Assembly (NCBI GenBank): GCA_016234735.1
Contig: JACRAN010000338.1
Location: forward strand, 11,441 to 75,440
Reading direction: 5' to 3'
DNA length: 64,000 nucleotides
Origin: Bacteroidota bacterium
GTDB lineage: Bacteria > Bacteroidota > Bacteroidia > Chitinophagales > Saprospiraceae
Position 1 is the stretch's first letter. Every line of letters begins with the position of its first letter. Under the pieces are notes generated by a model that searched no databases, was not told where the DNA came from, and saw only the letters and a program-made list of their open reading frames with translations. This document shows positions 1 to 11,648 of the stretch, one piece after another. The translations under genes and the position numbers were made by a program.

Positions 1-12
1 TTGGTTTTCTAC

Positions 13-50
13 AAAAAATTTGACCGGAAACCTGAATGCCCTCCGGTCAA
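13..50 (-). terminator. intrinsic terminator downstream of ppdK
   Basis: 9-bp stem TTGACCGGA/TCCGGTCAA (20-28 with 42-50). On the minus strand it is followed by a T-run (A13-A18 on plus), about 60 nt past the ppdK stop. Confidence 0.55.
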
Positions 51-107
51 TTTCACCCTTGAAAACCAACTGCAAGAGTACGCCAAATTTGAAAAACTTA
101 CAGCAGG

Positions 108-2930
<2,823 letters not shown>

Positions 2931-3119
2931 GATATAAAATTTTCGGTAAAGTTTGGACAACCTGCCTGGTTTGGGAATGATAAAAATCACCGGCCTGGCT
3001 GTGGAAAATCAGTAAAATTGGGCTGTTGCGGACTACCTAACTCAAGTTGCGGATGATGTTCCGTATCCCGATAGCTATCGGGAAAAATCTTTGTAGTAAA
3101 TTGCCAGAAACGTGAATTT

Positions 3120-3171
3120 CCGTTCCATCGGAACGGCATCTTTTGAAAAAAATACCGTTCCGATGGAACGG
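3120..3171. terminator. pair of mirrored 17-nt mini-hairpins (likely bidirectional terminator pair)
   Basis: CCGTTCCatcGGAACGG (3120-3136) and its exact reverse complement CCGTTCCgatGGAACGG (3155-3171), separated by an A/T-rich 18-nt spacer. T-runs follow on both strands. It lies between the galE end and the ppdK upstream region. Confidence 0.5.
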
Positions 3172-3193
3172 ACACAAGCATTTAACACCGCAT

Positions 3194-3226
3194 CCTACAA
3201 AGATAACGTCCCGCTGGGACGTTATC
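3194..3226 (-). terminator. hairpin directly downstream of galE
   Basis: 11-bp stem GATAACGTCCC/GGGACGTTATC (3202-3226) with loop GCT, 12 nt after the galE stop. The following U-run on the minus strand is short (TTTG). Confidence 0.5.
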
Positions 3227-3237
3227 CGCAACTTGGG

Positions 3238-4257
3238 TTATCTGCTCCGCCGCTGCTCCCACTCCCACGCCGACCGCATGATTTCTTCGATGCCCCGCTG
3301 CGGTGCCCAGCCGATGAGCCGGGCGGCTTTTTCGGCATTGGCGTAGATCGCCACCACGTCGCCTGCCCGACGGGGCCCGATTTGGTAGTTGAGCCGCTGG
3401 CCGGTCACTTTTTCAAAGGCGTGGATGGCTTCAAGCACCGTCACCCCGCTGCCGATGCCCGCGTTCAGGACTTCGCAAGGCACGGCCTGTGGGTTTGCCA
3501 TCAGGAATTGCAGGCACTTCGTGTGGGCGTTCGCCAAATCCATCACGTGGATGAAATCACGTACGCAACTGCCGTCACGGGTGTCGTAGTCGCTGCCGAA
3601 GACGGTCATGCTCGCCCGCTTGCCGATGGCCGTCTCCGTGATGACGGGCACAAGGTTGCTCGCCTTCGTGCGGGGCGACTCGCCGATGAGGGCGCTGGGA
3701 TGCGCCCCGGCGGGGTTGAAGTAGCGGAGCAGCATGGCCTTCACCGTCGGGGCAGCTTTGGTGAAATCCCCGATGATTTTTTCGCCCATCTGCTTCGTGC
3801 GGGCGTAGGGGCTTTCGGCTTCCCGGAAGGGCGTGTTCTCGGTCACGGGCAGTTCGGTGGCGTTGCCGTACACCGAGCAGCTCGACGAAAAAATGAAGTC
3901 CGGCACCCCGAACTCCTGCGCACAGGCCAGCACGTTCAGCAGGCTTTCGTTGTTGTTGTGGAAATAGCGCAGCGGCTCGAAGACCGATTCCTCCACGCTT
4001 TTCAGCGCCGCAAAATGGATGATGCCGCTGATGCCGGGATTTTTTTCAAAAACCTGCCGTGTTTTTTTCAGGTCGCAAAGGTTAACCTTGTAGTTTCGCA
4101 CCCGCTGGCCAGTGATTTTTCGGATGCCTGCCAGCGCCGACCCATCGGCGTTGGAGAGGTTGTCGATGGAGAGGACTTCAAAACCGTTGTCCATCAAATC
4201 GACCATCGTGTGGCTGCCGATGTAGCCGCAGCCGCCTGTGACAAGGACTTTTTTCAT
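3238..4257 (-). CDS. galE: UDP-glucose 4-epimerase
   Basis: 339 aa. N-terminal Rossmann motif MKKVLVTGGCGYIGSH and SDR catalytic YxxxK (SPYARTKQM). Length and overall pattern are typical of GalE. Confidence 0.92.
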   Translation of the reverse strand: MKKVLVTGGCGYIGSHTMVDLMDNGFEVLSIDNLSNADGSALAGIRKITGQRVRNYKVNLCDLKKTRQVFEKNPGISGIIHFAALKSVEESVFEPLRYFHNNNESLLNVLACAQEFGVPDFIFSSSCSVYGNATELPVTENTPFREAESPYARTKQMGEKIIGDFTKAAPTVKAMLLRYFNPAGAHPSALIGESPRTKASNLVPVITETAIGKRASMTVFGSDYDTRDGSCVRDFIHVMDLANAHTKCLQFLMANPQAVPCEVLNAGIGSGVTVLEAIHAFEKVTGQRLNYQIGPRRAGDVVAIYANAEKAARLIGWAPQRGIEEIMRSAWEWEQRRSR

Positions 4258-4273
4258 TGGATGTTGGACAGGT

Positions 4274-4311
4274 TTCAGATTTTAGACCTAAGATATTAGA
4301 CTTTAGATGGG
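4274..4311 (-). promoter_or_regulatory. conserved pre-start leader element, family 1 (copy upstream of galE)
   Basis: The minus strand reads TCCCATCTAAAGTCTAATATCTTAGGTCTAAAATCTG, ending about 17 nt before the galE ATG. It is roughly 80 percent identical to 15941-15978 upstream of rsmE. Confidence 0.5.
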
Positions 4312-4462
4312 AATGGAGAACGGATGAAACGGATTTTGCGGATTGAAACGGATATTCTTTTTATTTGACCCAGGAAATTACATGGAATAAACTTTCGTGT
4401 AAAACAAAAAAAATCCGTTCACATCAGTTGTATCCGTTTCATCCGTTCTCCAATCCTATCTA
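4304..4462. repeat. ~155-bp palindromic (MITE-like) intergenic element, copy 1
   Basis: ~30-bp terminal inverted repeats: TAGATGGGAATGGAGAACGGATGAAACGGAT, and at the other end ATCCGTTTCATCCGTTCTCCAATCCTATCTA. The arms are tandem (G)AAACGGAT words. A second copy lies at 9652-9804. Confidence 0.75.
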
Positions 4463-4502
4463 ACTCACACTTTCAACTGACCCGCCACAAAAATAGCTGC
4501 AT

Positions 4503-5324
4503 TTGTTATCCATCAAAACGCAATTCTCTGTGCGACACCTCGACCTGATTCCCCAACTGCTGAAAATCGCCCGCTCGGCTGGCGATGCCATCCTCGACAT
4601 TTACCACAGTGGTGCGGATTTCGGCGTGGGGGCCAAAGCCGACCACTCGCCGCTCACCCGTGCTGACCGGGCGGCCAACGACATCATCTGCCGGGGGCTG
4701 GAGGGGCTGCCGGTGGCCTTCCCCATCATTTCCGAAGAAAACAAACTGTTGCCCTGGGAGGTGCGCCGCCAGTGGCGGCTCTGCTGGCTGGTGGACCCGC
4801 TCGACGGCACGAAGGAGTTCATCCAACGCAACGGCGACTTCACCGTGAACATCGCCCTGGTGGAAAACGGCAGGGCGGTGCTGGGCATCGTACTCACCCC
4901 GGCACACGGTGAACTCTGCTGGGCGGTGGCCGGTCATGGCGCTTTTTTGATAAAAAACGGCGTGGAAACACGCCTCCGTGCCGCCACCTTCCGGGAGAGC
5001 GACCCCGGCCTGAACCTCGTCTGCTCCCGCTCGCACCTCACCCCCGAAACGGAGGTCTTCATCGCCCGCTACGACTGCCCGAACCTCGTCTCCCGTGGCA
5101 GCGCCCTCAAGTTTTTGCTGCTGGCCAAAGGCGAGGCCCACGTCTATCCCCGCATCGCCCCGACGATGGAGTGGGACACCGCCGCCGCCCAAATCGTGCT
5201 GGAAGAAGCCGGTGGCCGGGTGCTGGTGTTTGAAACAGGCGAGCCGCTGCGCTACAACCGGGAAGATTTGCTCAACCCGGCGTTTGTGGCTTTTGGAAAA
5301 AAAGAAGTGAGAGGTGTGAAGTGA
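4503..5324 (+). CDS. cysQ: 3'(2'),5'-bisphosphate nucleotidase
   Basis: Inositol-monophosphatase-fold motifs PIISEEN and WLVDPLDGTKEFI. 273 aa. The track start is TTG, so the exact start is uncertain. Confidence 0.85.
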   Translation: MLSIKTQFSVRHLDLIPQLLKIARSAGDAILDIYHSGADFGVGAKADHSPLTRADRAANDIICRGLEGLPVAFPIISEENKLLPWEVRRQWRLCWLVDPLDGTKEFIQRNGDFTVNIALVENGRAVLGIVLTPAHGELCWAVAGHGAFLIKNGVETRLRAATFRESDPGLNLVCSRSHLTPETEVFIARYDCPNLVSRGSALKFLLLAKGEAHVYPRIAPTMEWDTAAAQIVLEEAGGRVLVFETGEPLRYNREDLLNPAFVAFGKKEVRGVK

Positions 5325-5386
5325 GGGCATTGGATTTGAATTTTTCTATTTTAGTGCCCGAAAGACTCGGAACAAGAAAAACAATC

Positions 5387-5800
5387 ATGACAAAAGAACT
5401 TTGGATTAACCTGCCGGTGAAAAATGCCCAACAATCAAAAGCGTTTTTCACCCAACTTGGATTTTCATTCAGCGCCCAGCATGGCAGCGACGACTCGGCC
5501 TGCCTGCTCGTCGGCAGTAAAAATGCGGTGGTGATGCTTTTTGAGGAACCCATTTTCAAAAATTTCACGAGGCATGAACTGGCTGACGCCAAGCAGGCGA
5601 CCGAGGTATTGATTTCCATCGATGCGGAGAGCCGGGAGGAAGTGGATGAAATGGCAAGGAAGGCGGTAGCGGCAGGCGGCACCCTCTTTGCCCAGCCAGC
5701 GGAAATCCAGGGCTGGATGTACGGCTGCGGTTTTGCCGACCTGGATGGGCACCGGTGGAATGTGCTGTACATGGATTTGAGTCAGATGCCGAGGGGGTGA
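5387..5800 (+). CDS. VOC (glyoxalase/bleomycin-resistance fold) family protein
   Basis: 137 aa from the ATG at 5387 (MTKELWINLPVKNAQQSKAFFTQLGF...). The C-terminal GFADLDGHRWNVLY is typical of small VOC proteins. Confidence 0.75.
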   Translation: MTKELWINLPVKNAQQSKAFFTQLGFSFSAQHGSDDSACLLVGSKNAVVMLFEEPIFKNFTRHELADAKQATEVLISIDAESREEVDEMARKAVAAGGTLFAQPAEIQGWMYGCGFADLDGHRWNVLYMDLSQMPRG

Positions 5801-5855
5801 GGGTTGGCGGAAAATGGGTTTAATCTTACTTTCATCGTTACAAAATCAAAACGAT

Positions 5856-6512
5856 ATGCGCTTACATTTCATCTTTTGGGCATTAATTCCAACTTGTGTT
5901 GCTTTTTCACAAAATTTGGCAATTGGAATAAAACCAGGCCTTTCATTTTCAAAGTTATCAGTGGAATATGATTACCCTGTTGGAAACAAATCCCGAAACT
6001 CAGACCTGACGCCAGTTCAGAGTTTATTTGTTGAATGGAAAGCGAGTAAGTTTTTTTTCATCGAGGCCGATTTAGGGTACAAGAAAAAACAAGCGCATCT
6101 TGATTTAACATGGAAGAGGCCTACCGACCCTTTTCAGCCTGACCTGTTAAGAGAAGTTTTTGGCGAATTGCAGATAAACCAATTCTTTATCAGCGTTTTA
6201 CCTCAATTAAGAACAAGTTTAGGCAAGCATTATTTCGGCTTTGTTCATGCCGGTATTATTTGGAACCGCATCGTTTATGAAGCGTATCCATGCTGCATAG
6301 ATAATAGGTCAAATATCGGAGAAAATCTTTCTTCCTTCGAAACATCAATTGGAGGGGGAGTTGGTTTAAATATTCATGATTCTTTCACCTTTTCACTGGA
6401 TTTTCAATCGTTAAAGTCCATTCCAAAATCTGATTCCTATCAATATGAACCTAGGGTAAATTTTGATAAAGATTTACTGGTTTCAGCAAAGATTGGCTTG
6501 TTTATCAAATAA
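5856..6512 (+). CDS. hypothetical outer-membrane beta-barrel-like protein
   Basis: The start at 5856 gives a signal peptide (MRLHFIFWALIPTCVAFSQ). The sequence has alternating aromatic/hydrophobic beta-strand character and ends in an aromatic-rich terminus. It is noticeably AT-richer than its neighbours. Confidence 0.55.
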   Translation: MRLHFIFWALIPTCVAFSQNLAIGIKPGLSFSKLSVEYDYPVGNKSRNSDLTPVQSLFVEWKASKFFFIEADLGYKKKQAHLDLTWKRPTDPFQPDLLREVFGELQINQFFISVLPQLRTSLGKHYFGFVHAGIIWNRIVYEAYPCCIDNRSNIGENLSSFETSIGGGVGLNIHDSFTFSLDFQSLKSIPKSDSYQYEPRVNFDKDLLVSAKIGLFIK

Positions 6513-6881
6513 TGAGTCCCTTCGAAAACGCTGTTTTACTTTGAGGGAATGGGTTCCCCCGTTGGCAAAAGTTCGAGCAAGTGTTGAGCGAAGCGGCACC
6601 CGCCACCCCATCCCTGATTCCTCATCCCTCGTCCCTAAACCTCTGCACAGGCGTGTTCAGGAAGGGAGACCTCCATCCCCGGATGGCTTTTTTTGCAGGA
6701 AAAAAGAAAGCAACGCCGCAATGCCGGCCAGAAATTCTAAATTTGCCATATCACAAAGGCAAAATACATGGAAACCAACGACCTGACTTTCCTCAACCAA
6801 TTGAAAATCTCCCTGTCGGAAAACGAGACGGACACCGTCATCGATCAGTTGACCACGTACTAGGAGAACGATGAAACCGAG

Positions 6882-8534
6882 TTGCTCGACGAACTCATCA
6901 GCCATAAAAGCCGCTGGTTGGACATCAACAAGCAACAACGGTTGGGGGTGCTCGCCATGGATGATTTCAATGTGGCCCGCAACCAGATTACGTTTGCGCT
7001 CATCGGGTTCATTTCGGCACTTCAGAAGAAAATCAGGAAGCGCACCCTGTCGCCGTTCCAGTACGGGGAGGTAGCGACCGATTCGCACAGTGTTCAGCCT
7101 TCGGCTTCCACAACGGTTACGCCGAAGGTTACGGAACTCGTGGACGAGGGCAACCGAAAATTCAACGAAAAAGACTTCCAGGGTGCGCTTGAGTTGTTCG
7201 AGGAAGCCATCAAGGCCGATGGCTCCGTTGCCTTGCTTTACTCCAACCGGGGCCTCACGTTGTACAACCTCGGCCATGTGGACAAGGCCATGCAGGATTT
7301 CGACCGGGCCATCAAGCTCGACCCTGCTTTTGCGATGGCCTACATGAACCGTGGATTAGTAAAATACGAACAGCTCAACAAGTTGCAGGAAGCCCTTCGG
7401 GATTACACGCATGCCATCAACCTCGAACCGCAGAACAGCCTGGCCTATTTCAACCGGGGCATGGCGTTCATCACGCTGAACGACTACGACCGGGCCATCG
7501 ACGACTTCAACACGGTGCTGAACATCGACCCTGCCAATGCCGAAGCCTACATCAACCGGGGGCTTTGCAAACTGAATTCGCAGCGCTACAATGAGTCGGT
7601 AGAAGATTTTTCCAAAGCCATCCGCCTGAAAGGCGAAACGGAACTCGGCTACCTGAACCGGGGCCTGGCCTACTACTACCTCAATGACTACCAGTCGGCG
7701 CTGGCCGACTACCAGCAGACGCTGAAAATGAACCCGTACTCCGGGGAGGCGTACCGGCTCATCGGACTGATTCATTCCATGTCGGGCGAGTACGGCGAGT
7801 CCATCCCGTTTTACGACCATGCCATCAAGCTGGGCAACGACGACCAGTGGAGCTACCTCAACCGTGCCTTGGCCAAAACGCAAATCGAACAGTATGCCGA
7901 AGCCGTGGCCGATTACCAAAAAACGATAGAACTCGACCCTTTCAACCTGGACGGATGGTCGAGCCGGGGGCTAAATTTTTACCACCTGGGCGAGTACACC
8001 GTAGCGGAGGAATGCCTGATAAAAGCGACGAAAATCAACGCCAACCACCGCCCGACGCACAGCAATCTTGGTGTGCTTTACTACCAAACCGGGAAGTACA
8101 ACGATGCCATCAAGCACTTCCTGACAGCCATGAAGATTTCAAACCCGGACGATGAAACGCTGCTCCAACTGACCGGCACCTGCTGGTACCACCTCGGCAT
8201 CATCGACCAGTCAGTGGCATATTTTAAAAAATCCATCGAAGCTGACCCCAACCGCTCGATGGCCTGGTACTGGTACGGCGTGGCCCTGGAGGAAACGGGC
8301 GATAAACAAACCGCCATGGAATGCTACACTCATTCCATCCAACTTGACCCGCAGGGCAGTTACCTTTCTTACAACAACCGGGGCGTGTTGAAATACAACG
8401 CCGGTGACAACAAGGGCGCTATCGCCGATTATCAGGCGACGCTGGCTATCGTACCTACTTTTGAAACGACCTTGAAAAATTTGAAATTGGCAAAAGATGC
8501 CGAAGGTGGCGGAATTTTCAATTGGCTGAAATAG
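6882..8534 (+). CDS. tetratricopeptide-repeat protein (N-terminal region interrupted by in-frame TAG at 6861-6863)
   Basis: At least 10 canonical 34-aa TPR units (e.g. AYMNRGLVKYEQLNKLQEALRDYTHAINLEPQN). The same reading frame is open from the ATG at 6768 apart from one TAG. Confidence 0.8.
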   Translation: MLDELISHKSRWLDINKQQRLGVLAMDDFNVARNQITFALIGFISALQKKIRKRTLSPFQYGEVATDSHSVQPSASTTVTPKVTELVDEGNRKFNEKDFQGALELFEEAIKADGSVALLYSNRGLTLYNLGHVDKAMQDFDRAIKLDPAFAMAYMNRGLVKYEQLNKLQEALRDYTHAINLEPQNSLAYFNRGMAFITLNDYDRAIDDFNTVLNIDPANAEAYINRGLCKLNSQRYNESVEDFSKAIRLKGETELGYLNRGLAYYYLNDYQSALADYQQTLKMNPYSGEAYRLIGLIHSMSGEYGESIPFYDHAIKLGNDDQWSYLNRALAKTQIEQYAEAVADYQKTIELDPFNLDGWSSRGLNFYHLGEYTVAEECLIKATKINANHRPTHSNLGVLYYQTGKYNDAIKHFLTAMKISNPDDETLLQLTGTCWYHLGIIDQSVAYFKKSIEADPNRSMAWYWYGVALEETGDKQTAMECYTHSIQLDPQGSYLSYNNRGVLKYNAGDNKGAIADYQATLAIVPTFETTLKNLKLAKDAEGGGIFNWLK

Positions 8535-8553
8535 TTGCATGGTTGCATGGTTC

Positions 8554-8613
8554 CATTGCTGCATGGTTTCATTGTCCCGGAAAGCAATTGAACAATGAAA
8601 CTATGCAGCAATG
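8554..8613. terminator. long tandem-word hairpin between convergent genes
   Basis: 21-bp stem with 20/21 paired: CATTGCTGCATGGTTTCATTG (8554-8574) against CAATGAAACTATGCAGCAATG (8593-8613). The loop is 18 nt. The arms are made of 8-nt words (TTGCATGG-like). Confidence 0.65.
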
Positions 8614-8620
8614 AAACAAT

Positions 8621-9550
8621 TCACCCCTTCCCGTACAACTCCCTGAGTTTTTTAAGCAAACGCAACAGCTTGATGTTCAGCGTTTTATTGGCATTGAAGA
8701 AAATGCCGTTGACGGTAATCCAGTCTTCCTGCCGTTTGATGTCCTCTAAGTTTTTATAGTACACCCGCTGTTTTTTTTCAAACGGCATTTTCCAGTAGAT
8801 ACAATCACGGGTCATGGCAAAGCCGTCCTTGCAGGTACCGAAGGCGGAGAGGTCGCAGATGAAGTAAATGGATTCGCCCTTTTGCGGGGAGAGGAAGTTT
8901 TGGGCAGCGTTTTTCAGCTTGTTGGCGGGCATGGTCACGAAGTCGGTGTAAACGGTTTCCTGTTCGTTGTCGAAGTCGAGATAGGTCAGGATGAGTTCAC
9001 CCGGGCTGATTTTTTCAACAGTCATGCCCTGGTATTTCAGGATGGCTTCCGGGAAAACCGCCTCGTTGAGGTCTTCGCAATACCGGACCATGAAATAATC
9101 GAGCAGCTCCTCGAAAGCAGGGGTGGTGAGTTTGGTGCGGGCCTGGTCGTCCGGCAGGTGCTGTACCTGTTCGCCCAATTGTTTGATGCGGAAATCGACG
9201 CTCGACCTGAAATCGCTCTTGTAGAATCGGTCGATGTACGCACTGTGCAAAGCCGGGTTGTGCTCCTCTTTCAGCCGCCGCTCGAAAGCCAGGCTGAAAC
9301 GGTCGGCCATTTCCTGCTCGGCGTTATCGGTGTGGGTGGTGTCGAAAAGGTCGTTCAGTTTGGTTTTTGGCGGTTCTTTTTTTGGAGTTGGGAAAAGCAG
9401 TCCGCAATTCGAGCAGGCAGGGGCATGCAGGTCGTTTTCGGTGCCGCAGTTGGGGCAGTCAAACGTCTCCTCGATGGCGGGCGTGGCGCAAAACGGGCAG
9501 AACCTCGCATCGTCCGGGATGGGTTTTTGACAGGCTCGACAGTTTTTCAT
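8621..9550 (-). CDS. zinc-ribbon domain-containing hypothetical protein
   Basis: The N-terminus carries two CxxC...CxxC ribbons (CRACQKPIPDDARFCPFC and CPNCGTENDLHAPACSNC). The remaining ~250 aa have no motif I recognise. Confidence 0.7.
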   Translation of the reverse strand: MKNCRACQKPIPDDARFCPFCATPAIEETFDCPNCGTENDLHAPACSNCGLLFPTPKKEPPKTKLNDLFDTTHTDNAEQEMADRFSLAFERRLKEEHNPALHSAYIDRFYKSDFRSSVDFRIKQLGEQVQHLPDDQARTKLTTPAFEELLDYFMVRYCEDLNEAVFPEAILKYQGMTVEKISPGELILTYLDFDNEQETVYTDFVTMPANKLKNAAQNFLSPQKGESIYFICDLSAFGTCKDGFAMTRDCIYWKMPFEKKQRVYYKNLEDIKRQEDWITVNGIFFNANKTLNIKLLRLLKKLRELYGKG

Positions 9551-9651
9551 CGCTCTTTTTCTTGTTTTAATGCCCGGCGAAGTTAAAGAAAAGCCGCCCC
9601 AAATTTTAAAAACCTTGCGTCGGTTGGCCTGTTGTTTTTACCTTCACTTTC

Positions 9652-9804
9652 AGATAGGATGGGAGAACGGATGAAACGGATGAAACAGATTTGAACGGAT
9701 TTTTTTAAAATAAACCCACAGTAAATTGACTGAGGAATTTGCTCAAAAAAAAATCCGTTTCAATCCGCAAAATCCGTTTCATCCGTTGTCCAATCCCGTC
9801 CTAT
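9652..9804. repeat. ~155-bp palindromic (MITE-like) intergenic element, copy 2
   Basis: AGATAGGATGGGAGAACGGATGAAACGGATGAAACAGAT at one end and ATCCGTTTCAATCCGCAAAATCCGTTTCATCCGTTGTCCAATCCC at the other. Same architecture and termini as 4304-4462. Confidence 0.75.
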
Positions 9805-10435
9805 GCTTTCGCTCATGGAAAAACCTGGTGCCAAAAAAACGCCCGGCGAGTACGACAATTTCACCTTCCATCCGTACAACGTGATGCTGATGTTGACGCT
9901 AATGGCCATCACGGCATTGTTCCTGGCGCTGTCCATTTCGTTTGTGTATTCGAGGGTGCAGAGCGGCATCGGGGCTATCAGCATCCCCCGGCTGTTCATG
10001 TTCAACACATCCCTGCTCTTGGCCAGCAGCGTGGCGATGGTGCGGGCCAAAAAAGCCTACTTGGACGACCAGACACAGACCTATCAAAACTGTCTGCAAG
10101 CTACCATCGGGCTGACGCTGTTGTTTTTGGTGCTGCAAATCGTGGCATGGAGGCAACTCTTCCAGCAGAACATTTTCCCGGAGACGGACAACTCGGCAGG
10201 ATACCTCTACGTGTTGTCCATGCTGCATTTTGCGCACGTGGTAGCGGGGCTGCCCTTCCTTTTCCGTTTCTTGTCCACTGCCAAAAAACACATGAAAGAA
10301 CCCGTGACGGTGCTGGTTTATTTCTCCGACCCGGAGAAGCGCCTGCGCCTGCACCTGCTGTCCATCTACTGGCACTTCCTCGACGGGCTTTGGGTTTTCC
10401 TGGTGCTTTTTCTGTTGGCCAACCAATTGATTTAA
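9803..10435 (+). CDS. cytochrome c oxidase subunit III family protein
   Basis: 210 aa with multiple TM helices. Conserved subunit-III-like C-terminus HFAHVVAGL ... YWHFLDGLWVFL. No other cox genes are adjacent. Confidence 0.75.
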   Translation: MLSLMEKPGAKKTPGEYDNFTFHPYNVMLMLTLMAITALFLALSISFVYSRVQSGIGAISIPRLFMFNTSLLLASSVAMVRAKKAYLDDQTQTYQNCLQATIGLTLLFLVLQIVAWRQLFQQNIFPETDNSAGYLYVLSMLHFAHVVAGLPFLFRFLSTAKKHMKEPVTVLVYFSDPEKRLRLHLLSIYWHFLDGLWVFLVLFLLANQLI

Positions 10436-10497
10436 TTGTTGATGGTTGATGGTTAATTGTTTGAAGCCTCAATCAACAATCAACCATCAACAATTAA
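10432..10497. terminator. long tandem-word hairpin between convergent genes
   Basis: 19-bp perfect stem: TTAATTGTTGATGGTTGAT (10432-10450) against ATCAACCATCAACAATTAA (10479-10497). The arms are 7-nt words (TTGATGG/TTAATTG). The upstream gene's stop codon lies inside the left arm. Confidence 0.65.
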
Positions 10498-10500
10498 CAA

Positions 10501-11508
10501 TCACCAAATATTCACCTCCGGCGACAAGCCGATGCCGAACTTTTCGGCCACCGAATCTTGAATCTTTTTGGCCAAGGCCAGGATTTCTGCGCCGGTGGCG
10601 TTCCCGTAGTTCACCAGCACGAGCGCCTGACGTGCGTGGCAACCGGCGTCGCCGAAGCGCTTGCCCTTCCAGCCCGCCTGCTCGATGAGCCAGCCTGCCG
10701 GAACCTTCACCCGGCCAGTGGGCAGCGGGTAGCTGACGATGCCGGGGAATTGCTGCTCAAGTTGCTGAAAATGAGCAACTTCAATCTCCGGGTTTTTGAA
10801 AAAACTGCCTGCGTTGCCGATTTCCGCCGGGTCGGGCAGCTTGCTCTGCCGGATGTGGACGACGGCACGTCCCACATCGGCGATGGTCGGCTCCGCAATG
10901 CCCCACTCCGCCAGCGTCCGCTGGATGTCGCCATAGCCGGTGCGGGTTTGAGGCGATTTTGAGAGTCTCAAAAAAACTTTGGTGATGAAAAATTTACCGC
11001 TGAGTTCCTGTTTGAAAATGCTGTCCCGGTAGCCGAACCGACAGTCGGCATGGTTGAAAACCTTCACTTCGCCCGTCGCCAGTTCCACCGCTTCCAACCG
11101 CTCGAACACGTCCTTCAACTCCACGCCGTAAGCCCCGATGTTCTGGATCGGGGCTGCCCCGACCGTACCTGGGATAAGCGAGAGGTTCTCGATGCCGCCC
11201 AGCCCCCGCCCGATGCACCACTGCACCCACTCGTGCCAGACGACCCCACCGCCTGCCGCCACAAGCACCGTCGCAACGTTCTCCTCCACGATGCCGATGC
11301 CGCCTACTTCGTTTTTAATGACCAGGCCGGGGAGGTCTCTGGTCAGCAGCAGGTTGCTGCCGCCGCCGAGGATGTGGAGTGGGCGTTCGTTTTCCGCCAG
11401 CACTTGCTGCAACTCCGCCACAGTTTTCACCGCCACCAACGACTCGGCCCTCGCCTCCAGGCCGAAGGTGTTGAGTTTTTTCAGTGAAAAATGCCGCCTG
11501 AATTGCAT
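10501..11508 (-). CDS. murB: UDP-N-acetylenolpyruvoylglucosamine reductase
   Basis: 335 aa. FAD-binding N-terminus (LNTFGLEARAE...ILGGGSNLL) and C-terminal MurB motif (AGSFFKNP ... PAGWLIEQAGWKG). Confidence 0.92.
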   Translation of the reverse strand: MQFRRHFSLKKLNTFGLEARAESLVAVKTVAELQQVLAENERPLHILGGGSNLLLTRDLPGLVIKNEVGGIGIVEENVATVLVAAGGGVVWHEWVQWCIGRGLGGIENLSLIPGTVGAAPIQNIGAYGVELKDVFERLEAVELATGEVKVFNHADCRFGYRDSIFKQELSGKFFITKVFLRLSKSPQTRTGYGDIQRTLAEWGIAEPTIADVGRAVVHIRQSKLPDPAEIGNAGSFFKNPEIEVAHFQQLEQQFPGIVSYPLPTGRVKVPAGWLIEQAGWKGKRFGDAGCHARQALVLVNYGNATGAEILALAKKIQDSVAEKFGIGLSPEVNIW

Positions 11509-11648
11509 GTCGTGCGAATTGCGTTAGTTGGTCGCAAAGGTATTTTTGCTTTTAAAAAAAACGGCGATAAACTTACCCGCTTTGCAGTTTTCTCTGCGGT
11601 GCCGTTTACTTTTGCGCCGCAATCCGTCACCAATCACTACTCGCAAAA

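Noticed and set aside
5296-5330. Third copy of the GTGAGA-word element at the cysQ 3' end (GAAGTGAGAGGTGTGAAGTGAGGG)
   Set aside because: Only the word-repeat part matches, and it lies inside the cysQ coding sequence (KKEVRGVK-stop). The conserved TTTTAAATT...CCACTTTCT...CTCAAT part is absent.
6672-6697. Terminator-like CCATCcccgGATGG followed by T7 upstream of the TPR gene
   Set aside because: The stem is only 5 bp and lies about 160 nt from the nearest upstream plus-strand stop. It could be a weak terminator, but the support is insufficient.
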